DNA of 64,000 bases from Paraphysomonas bandaiensis (taxonomy: Eukaryota > Protista > Chrysophyceae). The position numbers and the translations under genes were made by a program. The stretch's first letter is position 1, and each line of letters opens with the position of its first letter. The notes below the pieces were generated by a model, which did no database searches, was not told the DNA's origin, and worked only from the letters and a program-made list of their open reading frames with translations. Positions 1 through 13,760 of the stretch are shown here, in pieces. The stretch is from the NCBI GenBank assembly GCA_965644295.1, contig CBFFRP010000373.1:186001-250000 (forward strand), given 5' to 3'.

Positions 1-3000
1 AGGATCAATACACAATGGAAATCTCGAGCTCTTTGTCGTAAGAATACCATTCTGTACGGAATGATCATCCGCAGGAAGCCCTTTAGCAACCCAACCTTGA
101 ACAGTTGCATCAGTTGTCAACTGCGATTCAAGCTTGAATGGCGTTGATAAAGGAATTCCCCGAGTCATGATATCATCCAAAAACTTATTGTTAATTAGTT
201 CTGTTCTATAGTCAGTGGTAAAAGCTCCAACGTAACTTAAGAAAGATGAGCCCAATAGACAATCTCCAACAAGTCGGTCCTGTTGCATTTCCAAGCTCTT
301 CACATCTGCACCCCATCTGGTTCTCTCACCCGTAAGTCCTTCAATGAGCTTACTAGCAGCAGCTAAACGCTTAGCCATAAGGGACGCTTCCTGTTGCAAA
401 ACGGTCAATTCACCATTGGCTTCTTCGTACTGCACATTGAGCTCTTTGATTTCCTTGCTCAAAGCACTTAAGGTTTCCTGGAGAGCGGCTAATTCGGCCT
501 CTGTCACACGCTGGGCCTTCTCCATCTCCTTGACTTTCTGTCGCAGAGGGGCAACATTTCTAGCTACTTCATAATACTTTACAATGGCAACCACCCATGT
601 GAGTAGACCGTATCCAGCCTTCGACACACTTTGCATTTTCTCAAGAGTGAGCTCATCAGAGAAATATTTGTTCACTCTCTTGACTTGCTTATCAGTAAGG
701 TCATCTTTCGGATAGTTCTTCAGCATTGACAGCAGCTGACTGTTTGACAGCATTTTCTTGGCATCATTCCATGTTTCCTCTAACTTCTCTCCTGTTGGCC
801 TCAAGCAAACCAGCTGCATACACAAGTTCTTCACCGACGCTGGAGGATTAGTGAAAGCTTTCAGTTCCGTTAAATCGTTCTTATCAAGATTTTCAAGAGC
901 AGCAGATGCCGCCTCGACGGCCGGAAGGGCCTCCATTAGGGCTTCATCTGCTTTTGTCTTTTCTTCATTTATAATTTTCGCTTGTTCCTCAGCATACTTC
1001 TGCTTAACAGTGGCTTGCTCTTGCTGTTCATTAGCTACCTCTGTCTTCTCTTGGATAACTTTAATAAGAGCTTGTACCTTCTCGGTCTTATCATCCACAA
1101 CGACTTTCTTCTCAGTTAGAACAACCTGCATTCTATCTACAGCCTCCGCAGCTTCAATTAGTTTCTGTAGACCACCCTCTAGACGCTTAGTGGACGCTTT
1201 GATACGCTTATGGTTGAATTTGAGCTGTTGTCTATAGTTAGATATGAAATCAAGATAATTCTTTGGTGTAACATAATAAAAACGCCGTAGCTCTTCAGCA
1301 AATCTACTGGCCGATTCTGTCACGTTTTGGTGTGTGAACACCAAGTGGCCAATAACAGAGGCTCGGTGTTCTTCGGGCAGTGCTTCTTCAGCAAGGAAAT
1401 ATTCCGCCACTTTCTGCAGAGCATCCGCCGGCCATGGGAAAAACCAATCAATAACTGCATTAGAAACTAAGCCAGGGAAGTTACGGCAACGCAAACGAAG
1501 TTTTGACCCAGAAGGAGACATCGCAAGAACAATGTGGAGGTTGTCCCTGCACTTACTAACATAGTACGACCAGAGATTGTCTGGAGTTTCCGCCATTCCA
1601 GCTGCACGAACTTCAGCTCTAACAGTATTCATCAGAGCATCTCTCTCGTCCTGAGCGTACAACGCCGGCACCATTCCAGTGGTGAGCATATTGTTCAACA
1701 ACTCCAAAAATCCTTCCTCCACTACATGTGCATCAGTAAACAAAAACACAACTTCGTCGGTGCCCAATAGTTTATACAGCTCTTTGAGATCCTCTTTAAA
1801 CTGTGCCTCATTATAACCTCTTGATAAAGTTATTTGGAAGAGTTTGTACCCCGCTGCATAGGTCGCCAAGTGAGAAAGACTTTGCTTTCCACTCCCTCCA
1901 ACTCCAACCAGTAAGGCATTTCCACGCGGGTTTCTTATAATGCGGTGAATACGGCAGAGGTGTTCCAAAGCTTGTTCGAATAGTACCAACGTCATAGGCT
2001 TCTTCTCAGTGTTGTACAAGTCTAACACACCTCCAAATATTGTGCGCACTTCATCATACCCACCAAGATCCTTATATAGGCGGGCATCTTCGCTATCACC
2101 ACCAGACTCAAGTCGTTGTAGTGCAAACTCGAAATCCCCAAAGAGTGACGGCTCTTTCATAGCATGGTCAACACAGTCAGGATAATTAGCACGAATAGTG
2201 GACTTCAGTTCATTCAGATACGTCTGCTGATCATCTGTTGTAGTCAGACGATCGCAGAACACACGGTCACACTCATTGCGGAACAAACGAATAAAAACCT
2301 CCGGGGTATCAACGATATCAGTTGTAGCATTGCAAAGGCCTTCGTACACACGAGATAAATCTCGTAAATTGAATATATAGTGAAATTTAGATGGTGTCGG
2401 AGGCATTTTTTCAACAATAAAGTTGTACAATCCTAACACACACCCAGTAATCTTAGATGCCGCAGCTTTGACACCATCAGAAAATGCCGAGTAACGAGTG
2501 TTGATGATGGAAGAATATATACTGTTGAGCACAGCTTGGGTGGGGGCAGTGAGATTGAATACGTTAAATAAAGCAACAAAACGCGGATCAACAGGATTTC
2601 TTCCGCCTCCTGGGGGACCCATGGCACCAATGTACTGGAGGTCCTTTATTTGCTTCAGGTTCAAATCTTTCTCACGGTCATACATGGTGCCACGTCCAAC
2701 CAAGAAGTGTAAAAATGCTATCGGTTGCTGAGTACCGTATGTGTCAACCTTTGGCATATTCATATCATCAATGAAGACAAGCAGCTTCTTGCCACTCGGA
2801 GGTCCGAATATAGTTCCTGACCTCTTGTCTACGTTCGCTTCAATATTGACCTGAACATCTGCAGCCATCGTACGAGAAGAAAAGTTAATATTTAATTTCG
2901 AAAACCCACTTGACGGAAGCCCATTGAGGTAATTCTGAATGATAGTTGTCTTCGCAGTTCCAGATTCACCAACGAATAGAATTGGTCTCAATGGTGCAGC

Positions 3001-6000
3001 AATCTTGAGCATGTGACTGTAAAGGACGGAATCTGTGGTCGGAACCATAACTTCATAAAACTTGAAGGGAGATGGCTCGGCATATGCAGGCACTTGAGAA
3101 GACCACGCCTCCCAGCGATGTGTCTCAACACTGTAGAAGTAATCATAGAGTAAGCCATCTGGAAGAGCCTCCTGTGATACTTTCTTAACGAAGGCGTCAT
3201 ACTTGCTCCTTGCTGAATCTATTAACTGCGCACCAAGAGACCACACAACACAAAAGATAAATATGCCTTCAATATCGCCATTGTCAGTAAGATCCATTGG
3301 TAAGAAACCATCCAGTAAGGAGCACAACTGCTTAACCATATCAATATTAGTAATAGGGATAACCTGCTTCAACTTGGTCCCCATTTCTCCATCGACTAAA
3401 CCCGCAAGAATCAGATCAATCGACTTCGGAACGTACTTGTTATACAGCGACATTAAATAATCCGCCGCATCAGCACGTCCTTCTTCGATCACAACTGAAT
3501 TTCCAAAGCGTGTGCGTAGCCAGCGCTCATAGTAAGGTTTGTAGCCCAAATTCTTTGGGTCAACCCAAACCATACCACATCGAGAAATTGTCGCAGGGGA
3601 AGCATACTGCAAATCAAACGTTTCGCAAATCATAGCACAATGGGGCTGTAGACGAATTCGCTCTCCATTAGGCAGGGTAAGTAGACGATTGTCGTCCATA
3701 ACACTATTCATGTTCTCCACCCACAACGCATCCACATCACCATCATAGATTATCCATCGCATTTCGTTCTCTTTTCCAGGCGCTAAAGGTTCGTTCAGCT
3801 CACGAAAGAGCTTTGAGAGGATACCATCGGTCCAGTCACGAGTAACAGGATCCATTTCGCCATACAATTCGTTCAGCGGCTGGGCTTTCGGGTTTAGAAC
3901 GTGCATCTTGACAACGACATTCTCACTGACAAGGCGTGCGTTTTTCAGAGTTTCGAGCACAAGACTCTTACCACCACCAGTGGGACCAACTATCATGGTA
4001 GTGTGGCGCACCAACTGCGTCTCGTACATTTGAATAATCTTATCAGCTTGTCCAGCGAAGACAGCCTCGTTGCTCGGTCGGAATCCCTTCTCCTCTAGGT
4101 CATTCAGACAGGCCTGCTTCAAATCTTCATAGCCAACGCGAGGACAATCCATACCAGGGAAAAGATCGTTAATCAATCCTGCGAAGAGTGGAACATCTTC
4201 AAACACAAACTTTGGCATATTAGAATCTCTGAGACATCTCATGAGCACGAAGTCTTCGGGCATATCACCATACTGCCTCTTCAATCCTCCAGCCATAACA
4301 AGTACAGACTTCATGGCACGAAGACCGAAGTCATAGTGATATTGTTTGGAGAGCTGTTCTTTCGAAAGTTTGTACAAGACAGTCATCTTCTTGGCCAATA
4401 CTTTTGCCCCCTCGAAACCTTCTGAGAAAAGCATAATCTCGCAAATCTGTAAAAAGTCTGGAACAATCATTGTCACTGGGCGAAAGAGCGCTTTTAAGTT
4501 ATCGGGTAGTTCGGTTCGCCCGGCATATCCAGGGTTCATTGTTATAAAAATGCCACAAATTGCAAAGCCTTCAATGCGCTTAATACTAATCTCTCCGCCA
4601 ATTCCAATATCGCATGTGGGCCTGTCATAGATAAGCGCATTTTGGATGGCTCGGAGCTGAGCTGATACAACTGACAACACCTCAATATTGATGCGGTTAA
4701 ACTCATCAAAACATCCCCAAGCACCAGCCTGTACAAGTCCACTAAATATGCTAGCCATAGCCTTGTAATCCAAACCATCACCACAGTTAATTACAAAGCA
4801 AGGTACAGCCAAAGACTTCGCCAGATCCTTTACTGTCTCCGTCTTTCCTGTACCTGCTGGTCCAGCAGGAGAGCCACCCAGTTTGAATGTTAATGCCTGC
4901 GTAAGTGTCATGTAGCACCTGTCAGTCAAAGGTGTAATAACAAGTCGACCATTAAGACCCATGTACTCGTATCCGTATCGAAATTTTCCAGTACACTGCT
5001 TTATTGTGCAGTCATCAATATCCTTTTCCCAGTAAAATCTCAATTGCGACTCCCATGCGAATTCTTTAGCATTCAATACTGACTCTCTGACAAAGCCGTC
5101 GACTATATCTCTCGCATGGACATCGATAATTAGAAGTGTGTTAACCTTCTTTCGGGTGATCTTGTCAATCTTTCTACGGACCATTGCAACTAAATCATTT
5201 AATTGGCCTGTAAGTTTCTGCTCGAGTTCTTTCATAGCGTACTTGTTACCCTCTAACACTTGACGAAACGTGTCTTCTACCTCCCATGTCCACCATATTT
5301 GAGATCCAACGAGGCCCACCATTCCTAGCACCTCAACCAGCCATTCTGCACGATCACAACTTGCATATTTGAACACACCCTCCTTCGTGATGGTGTGGAG
5401 TGACGCATGCATTTCGTCTTCGGCAGCCGTCATCCAACATTCAACTGGACCATCAATAGCGCTGGGATTTCTGAAGGTAAAAGACTCCTTCTCAACAGAT
5501 CCCATGCTCTCGACAAACTTATTATTGCGACCAAATCCCATTTCTTTAACATTATCGAATAATTTTAGCAAATGAACTTGAATTGAACTTGGATCACTAT
5601 TCCCGAGAACGGATAAAAGCTCATCATCAGAAATAAAAAAGAATCTTGGGAATGCATTGCGCTTGGTATCTAAGTAGTCTGAGAGACTCTTCTGACAGCT
5701 GTCAAGCTTTTGCGACAGCTCATTCAAGCTTCCCAGTCGATTGTCCAATGTACATGCATCAACAACATTCGGGTTTTTGTTCGTTGCTGCCATGACGGCT
5801 TTGAATGCTTTGTCTATAGCATCAAATCGTTTTGCTTCCTCGGGCAATTGCATTCGAATGTCCTCGGCTCCAATGAAGATACCTTCTAGATACATCCACT
5901 TCCTTTGAACAACAAACCAAACATCAAGACACTCGGACACAATGTTGAGCGTTTTTTCCCACTTCCTCACTCTATCAACAAATGAACCGACAAATCTCGA

Positions 6001-9000
6001 GCCAGATATGGTTTGTAAATTGAGCATGTTGTCGTCAAGCTCTAGCTTGATGTCTTCAGCTGGCTTCAACACGAAACCTCTGTCTTGACCATCTTTTTTA
6101 TACTTCATCAAAGCCAAATTATTGGCACGCCAGAGAGCGTCAATTTTTCCCAGTTCGTTTTCAATTTTACCTTCCTGTACAGCTTCGTTAATAATCTCTT
6201 CAACTCCAGTCATAAAATTATGAAGTTCCATGGAGAAAATATTTTCAAGAGTAAGAGTTTTAAGAGTAACATCAAAACTGACACCAGTCAAGTCCATTAA
6301 CTTCTGCCAATGTCTAGTTTTCATGGCATCATTTTTCAAACTGACGACTAGTGGTAAGGACTCCTTAAAGTTCGAAAGTCGGGCTTCCACCATCTTGAAC
6401 GTGTAGATTTCTTTCAAATTTTTAGGCATTTTCTTGGCCATCTTCTCGAAGTCATCGGCACCCTGTTGAAGGGCCTGCATATCTAAATCACCCCAATTCA
6501 TGCTAGCCATCGTTGCCTGGAAGTCTTTGAACTGTATATAAAGACTATATATCTTGTCTAGTTGTTCAAGGTCTTGCGCAGTTGATTGAAGCAGCGGATA
6601 TGGACGCACGTCCAGACTAAAAAGATTCTGTGCATTCACAAGCATAGCTTTCGTCTTGTTGTGAGCAGCGACACGTCGTTGGAACTCCCTTAATAACTCT
6701 ACACCATCATCCAGTGTAATTGAGCTATTTCCTGGACCAGAATCCAAAAATTCTTTTCGCAATGATTCCAATTCCGCCCTGAAATCAAGATCCTGTTGAA
6801 CAGTGACCTTTCGAAAAGTCGCTTTCGTGTCCACAAGCCTTAAATCTCTTGTCCTCGCATCTACATAGAGCTTTCGCCACCTCTCCTCAATACTCATTGC
6901 TGCCGCAACCTCTTCTTCTGGGACACTGATATCATAGCGAGTGAGTGTACGATACCTCTCGTTAATATCAACCATTTCAAGCTCAACGTCAAGCGTGACT
7001 TCTTGAATCTCTGCAATGACATTGAGTACAAACTTGAGTTCATCCAAATTCGTAGTTTCCGCGGCTACTTGTTCCTCGTATGTGCTTATACGCTCGAGCA
7101 AATTAGTCAGCATGGCATTGGAACTCGTCATCAACACTTCCCCGTAATCAACTTTCCAGATGTTGGCTTGTTTAGATACACCAACAGCAACAAGTGACAT
7201 ATCAATATGCAAAAAGTCGATATCTTTGCTAGTAGGTTGTGAATCTACTGCCTCTCGTATTCCCTGAAAGTAGTTCATAGCTTGATCAAGGTTGCTGCAT
7301 GTCGGTCGCAGCTTTTCAATTTGCTGTTTACGTTTCGGGTTCCATAAACCAACTACCTTGTCGTATCTGCGCCATCCATCAAGGTATTTGTTGGTAATTC
7401 CGAACACCTTGTTAATTTGACTTGCGAGACTTAGCGTCAGCTTCACTATTTGGGGGTTCTGGGATATATCCTGATAAAATGAAAACACAAAGGGTTCATC
7501 ATCTTCGCTCACAAACTGAGGCTCCGTCTTAATGCATGTGCCGTGCATCCATCTCACAAAGTGGCGCGCAGATTCTGCAATATTACGTACACTTTTGGTC
7601 AGGGTTTTATCAACGTCTGTTAATCCCGGTGTAACGACAAGTTCCTTGCCATTCAAAGCCACGAAGACCTTGAAGAGCGGCGGTGCATCCTTGCATTGCA
7701 GCATGCCGACAAGGGCAGCCATTGACGAGATTATCATCTCAGCAATTGCATTATATACTCGTTTTTCCCAATATACGTAGTACCCAGAAAGTACTGGACT
7801 TGCCCCGAAAGCTGTTTTGGCCACGATTTCCTCCACCTTCATCAAAAAAGATTCACCAATACTGTCGTACTCTCTGACAAGTGCGTCGATACGAGCTACA
7901 CGACGTGCCTCCATCGTCTCATAGAACTCGGAAATATCCATCGATGAGTACGTGCCCTTATCCGTGTCGTAGTAATCTTTACTTTGAACAAGGATCGTTT
8001 TAGCAATATTGTTGACTACATCCTCAATCATTGAGGCGTTCTTGTGCAGCTGCGACACTGTGCTACTGAATCGCACAAGCGCGTGATCAAGCTCCTCCAC
8101 ATAATTCGGAATTCTTTGGGAGGTCCAGTTCAGCGGATAAAACCCAACTTTGATTACATTATTCAGCTCTTCAATATGACTCTTGAGAAGATCTTTCTCA
8201 ATAGGCTTCAAAAGACTCAATATGTGGTCATACTCGTGTAGTTTTGTCGTCAGTGACTTACTTATCTCATGGTATTTTGAATCCTGCAGAGTGACATTCA
8301 GTGCGCTCTCAGGGATACGGAATCCTAATTTATCGAGATATCGACTTTCTCTGATAATCATATGCAGCTCGTGCGAAAAGCTAACACGGTATGGTGGAGG
8401 AGGAAGAGCGTGTTGTTCTTTATCATGTTTCGCAGCAAACGCACAGGCGTTTGGAGCTATCGATTTGAGGACTGGTTGACGTAGTTTCTCAACGGCAAGA
8501 GCGGCGACATTTCCCTCCCAATCGTTGTAAAGGTCAGAGATGTAATGATCCACAGCTCGCGCGAATACCAGATATCTTTCTTTCACGCTTTCACCAAAAT
8601 CATCTCCCAGTAGTCCTCCATGCTTTTTGAACCGAAGAATGGGGCGCTTGGCGCGTAGATACAAATCACGTGCCCACGCAATTGCCCCAGCAACGGGAGG
8701 GTAGTTCTTGTACAGCGGTGGGTGATCCTTGAACATATTGAAAGTGTTACTTATAGCGTCCAACTCCCGTACATACTGCTCCAAGATATCCTTGTATCTA
8801 TCAGATATCTGCTGTTTGATGGACTGCTGATCAGATGCCCCGCTACTGCTGCCGCCGATATTTTGAAAGCTCTGTACTAACTCAAAGGCACCTTCAGCTG
8901 ATCTTAATTTTCTAAAACTTTCCTTTATGAATTGCTCAGTCATTTTATCAATGTCCATCACATTGTTACGGAAACGCTTCATGATCGTTTCCCACGGCTT

Positions 9001-10887
9001 TTCATAAGACTTGTCAAATATTTTGTCTTCGAATGGCACTTTAAGTGGACCGGTGAGGCCTTCCACTCGCTTGAGGACCTCGTCAATTCCTGCAGAATCA
9101 CCTGTGACTGCTTTGAGTTCCGGCCCAAGAAACTTGTGGAACCTATCAAGGGAGCCCATGATTTCTAAAAAATTAGAACATACTTCAGCCATGTAGTCTG
9201 TTTTTCCAAACAGAGATTTTCGATCAAACTCCCACCTATGGTCCGAGCCGCTGTCTTCGATGCGCTTCCTCATGCGAAAATAGTTCTCGCTCCACTGCTC
9301 GAGCACATCTTTGGCCTCACGAATCAGTTGTGTGGCCTTGGTGTTTTCCATAGATAGGATGTCTAACAAGCGGACTTCCTCTCGTACACGTCGGGCCAGA
9401 GTCTCCGCAATGTTTTCCATCAAAGGAGCCATTCGCTCGTCTGTATTGAAATGACGGGAGATAACCCATACCATACGCAGCCCATTAACCATCGACGGAA
9501 GTGCATCAAGAATAGTCGAAAAAGACCCTTCCGCGATATGCTTAAAGTGACGCTCTAAAGTTGAGAGGAACTTAACATTGTCCTTCGCCTCAAGATAGAG
9601 TTTCGATAACTCGCCAAAATGGTAGTTGAAGGTTGATAATTGAGGGTTATCCATATGTCGCAGTACCTTAAGCATTAGCTGTACACGGGGCATATTGATC
9701 TGCTCGTACAGTGCACTCAAACTCGCGTTTCTTTCTCTCCAGAATTCGATCTCTCCGAGAGGTGTACGATGAGCCTTGGGCTGTTTTTGGTGTTCTGCCT
9801 CCACTGCGCTTGATACTACCTGCATCCAATCGTCCAATGCAGCTTCTAATTGACTCGCAATTTCGTAGTCAACAGCAGCATCTGATATTGACGTAATTTG
9901 AACCGGTGGAATAGTCAAGCGGACATCGCCCTTCACTTGCTGTACCACGTGTCGCAGCTGCTGTTCAAACTTGGACATGTTGGAGTCCAGCTCATGACGG
10001 AGGCCATCATCAACACCTTCCACCTCTGTACTCTCACTTCCACCTTTTTGTACCACTGGAAGATACACTTGGTGCATTAGATTCGCAATACCACTAAGAA
10101 TGTCATTATTAATATAGTTGAACTCTAGGTAGCCGTCAAGAGAGGAACTCTGAGAGCCTGAAGCTGTGGCCGGAACCTTGCCCTCTGTGGACCTAATGAA
10201 AAAAACAAGAGGAAGGTCCGCCATATGAGGAGATATTTTATCTAGGTTCATCATCATTTCAGTAAGAACTCTACTTTCTGTCCGCTTCACTTTTATTATC
10301 TTAGTCTTAGGAGCTTCTTCTACTACAGGGACTGATTCCTCTTCTCCTTGTGTGGCAGAAACATCTTCCTCGCCCTCCTCCTTCGTAACACCCCCTATTT
10401 GAGAAATATCTTCCTCCCCACCGGTGATAACATCACCCTCTGTCTTCTGGGATGGCTCAACAGAGTTCGATGCATCAGCTAATGAACTGCCCTCTTCAAG
10501 CGGGGCGCTTTCGCTAACAGATCCATCTTCACCGGTAGATTCGGCAGCATTGACAGATCCGTCACCTTCATTTGGAGCGCTTTGATCGATTTCTACTTCC
10601 ACCTCCTCCTCAACTACGTACATCATAAGACGACAACACGTTATAATTTAGCAAATACCCTCGTATTCTTCTGTCCAAGACTTTGACGCAAAGAATAAAG
10701 CAGACCCCGGCCCATGATTCTCAGATAAAAAATCCTCCATCATTTCTCTAGCAGCTCCAGCAGATCTTGCTCTCTCTAAAGTCTCCGTGAAATATGAGTC
10801 AAAACTCTCTGTTGGCATATCCAGTGCGATGCAAACCCGTTGGCGCATCCACAGGACTCTCTCGTCATTTAATAAATTACTGCTCAT
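1..10887 (-). CDS. DNAH10: Axonemal dynein heavy chain, inner-arm I1/f alpha (DNAH10-like); 3' end runs off the window
   Basis: ATG at 10887 (MSSNLLNDERV). A 45-nt GT-AG intron at 10614-10658 is followed by one open frame to base 1, ending ...SRFPLCIDP. Motifs: AAA1 GPAGTGKT with CFDEFNRI (~4690-4865); AAA2 RHTTMIVGPTGGGKS; AAA3 GESGTAKT; AAA4 GVGGSGKQSL; coiled-coil stalk. RHTTM.VGPT.GGKS matches my recollection of the DNAH10 class. Confidence 0.93.
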
Positions 10888-12639
10888 GGCTGTGATATAA
10901 ATATGCCAATAAAGCAAATGCTACTGTTGATTTGCCAACACTATTGTCTCCAAGTTTAAGTATCTAGACCTACAAGATAATGGAGAGCTTCTATGATTAT
11001 AATGGGTTTTATCAAGACTGGAATAATGGTGTCCCCAGGCTTGTACACTAATAATGCAACGTTGCTATGGGTCTATTTTGTATATAACAACATGACTGTA
11101 GTATGGTGTGTAATGTACACAAAACAGCACCTTATATGTACTATCGTACTGTATGTATGCACTCACTTCCGCCGTTTCATTTTCGTTTTATGGGCTCTTC
11201 ATTTCTGCTGCTCTTGACTTCGATGGTTGATTCGTAGACAAAAAGGATTTCAAACACCAAAATCTCGAATGGGCACTCACTTTTCAGTTTTTCTTAGAAA
11301 TCTTTCCATGTGTAGTGTGCATATCCTGCAGTGGTACACCTGAACTGGATATGGTCAATGGATTGTTCCATAGGGTTACTATTTCTAATAACGAGATATT
11401 TTACCATACATTATTGACCATATCGAGAACTGACTGCACTGAGAACCAACAGCACAACAGCACTGATATTCTCTGTGTTTACATACAACCAGCCATTCTC
11501 TGTGCTTAATGCTATGCTTTTGTACATCAATTACCATTTACACTAGACCCCTCCTTGTGTAAACCACAGCAGTATGTCGTTGCCATTCATGGCAACAGTG
11601 AGCGTCGTCCTGGATATCACGCCGCCTTACTGGGGAGGTAGCAAATTTCGCGACCGAGGTTTACACCCTTGCTTTTTGCTAGTGCGCGAGTTTTTGGCAA
11701 ACCATTAATTTGTTCACTACATTCTTTGCTTAGACCGCGATACGTTCCAAGAGGACGTATCATTCCTGAGGATATAATGTGAGTTTAGTATGAAATTCTC
11801 GACAAAATTGGAAACAGTGTAGATGTCAGCCTACACGACTACGGAATCGTGTCTATGCTGTTGCACCTATAAATAACTAGGGATAAGCATTCCAATATAT
11901 TCATTACACTGTTCCGTAAAGCACTATACTGGATATCTTAGATGAAAATTTGAAGATTGGGTGTTACTGTCGTTGAGACAACAATCAGAACGTAAGAACT
12001 GAAGACACCAATCACACGATATTGAGCTTATGACGATAACGCTTAAATATATACCATAAAATATGCTTGATAGTAACTATGATCGTTTTCAATGTTCCAT
12101 GCAAAGTGATGCCGGTACATATCACTGCATGAGTATCTGAAGGTTGATAGACATATCATTATATCTAATTATATACCGTGTGATCTGACTGCCGCAATTC
12201 CTTGTTGAATCAATTTGTTGATGGAATTCAGATAACTCAGAAATCCTACCGATCTGCTAGTAATTACATGAGGAGGTATGATTAGGAGCACAGCGTCATA
12301 ACTTTAATTCTTCGAAGTAAAAGATTTAATAAAATGGTAATTTATATATATGCAGTTGACTGCCTCCACGTATCAGTACGCCCTATACTCTATATCATCC
12401 GAGCTACGAGTAACTTCATTATTCACAATTTCTTTTGAGACTTCGTTATTTGTTAGTTCGACTGTATGCTTATGCTCCCTTTGTTTTTCGATGTCAACTC
12501 ACGTGCTAGATATGCTTCTCAGGGTTAAAATTACACTGCTTATTAACATATAGTATTTACATATAACAATGACGCTCGACAATCAGGTGCCGTGGATGTC
12601 AAGCTGGTGTTCATCTTCCTCCTGTATTTCTATTGACAC

Positions 12640-12857
12640 ACACTTGGGGGTACAAAGCAGTCAACTTATCCACCAGACTTGAATAGCATAACAGCCAGAT
12701 TTAATTAGTGACTTGCATATAGCCAATGAGAGGTACAGGCCCACAAGCTTTCCAATTAGGGATTGCAATTTGTTTTATCTCCCAATATAAAATTCAATTG
12801 CACTGAAAACCATATTATTCAACCAGCTGTAATTCATCGACTCTTGGAAAGACTTTC
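12640..12857 (-). pseudogene. Decayed hAT-type transposase fragment
   Basis: Frameshifted PLIG(Y)ASH*LNLAV and YSSLVDKLTAL. The DNA resembles 53272-53312 (YSGLVDKLTDL) inside the hAT element. Confidence 0.6.
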
Positions 12858-13187
12858 AAGTCGGACTCGGACCTTCTTGTGGTGTTCTGGGAGATAAATA
12901 CCGGAGATATTTCTCCGGGAGACTAGCATGAGCGGCATATATAGTCAGCAGATATCAGATAGTGTCCTGCCCACTCATAGCCTAATGAGTGTGTGGTACA
13001 AGAAGGGACACTTACATAAGAGTCGCTTGCGTAAATGTCTTTGGGTCTTGACGAATGAACAGACACAAGCAGCTTTCGTAGCGCTAAGTTGTAGGATATC
13101 AGAGTTAAGGACTAGTTTGTTAAATTGTTTTGCTACATACGTTCTGAGTTTTACATGCCTAATCCTAATAATCAGACATTCACTACT
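12858..13187 (+). repeat. Hairpin-rich dispersed repeat, copy A (left and right ends joined)
   Basis: Aligns by eye with 54591-55026, 44445-44766 (reverse) and 45025-45160. Contains the CCGGAGA-tatt-TCTCCGG hairpin and ends CAGACATTCACTAC. Confidence 0.85.
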
Positions 13188-13412
13188 GACTTTTTGGCAG
13201 ACGTCGTTGATGAAACTTTTTTCCAGCAGTCCGGCGACATGTATACTCCGTCTCCCAGTAAGAATGATTATATGTTGAAAGCCTGAAATAAATTTGTTCC
13301 TTATACTAGTTAAATATAGTTATTAGTTATTATTTACCGCTTTTGATTATGTACAGATGTACAGTATCAAATTGATGGATTGATGGTATTAAATTGCCAT
13401 TATTTGAAACAA

Positions 13413-13475
13413 GTTGTAGTCAATTATAATTGCAATCATTATGCTGCCCCAATTTCAATAATTAACAATTAAATG
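13413..13475 (-). repeat. Relic of the hAT subterminal region
   Basis: Reverse-complement match to ~54110-54175 (CAATTATAATTGACTACAAC). Confidence 0.65.
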
Positions 13476-13760
13476 TGTTTGCATTGCACGATGCCAAAGA
13501 GAATCTAATTATTCCCTCTGTGAACCAAATGTAGCAGCGTCCACGTTAATTGCGAGTGCATAACACAACTTATTCATATTATAGTATATCTACGACCACT
13601 GTGCTCTACACGTAGCACCGCGCAGTACAAACACAAAGTATAGCTTCACCATATAAAATCTCATACTGACGAGTAACTAAATCAGCACAGAGCAGCAGAA
13701 GGCACTCCGAAATGTTAGAGTTAGATCACTACAACACACCTACAAATGAGAGCCACTAAA

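Noticed and set aside
344-10080. Many short ORFs over the dynein gene
   Set aside because: They are antisense or off-frame shadows of the long minus-strand frame, which the ORF track omits because it has no stop in the window.
11541-11684. CACTA transposon (CACTAG...CTAGTG)
   Set aside because: Flanks TTA and CGC give no TSD and the terminal match is only 6 bp; kept only as a fold-back candidate.
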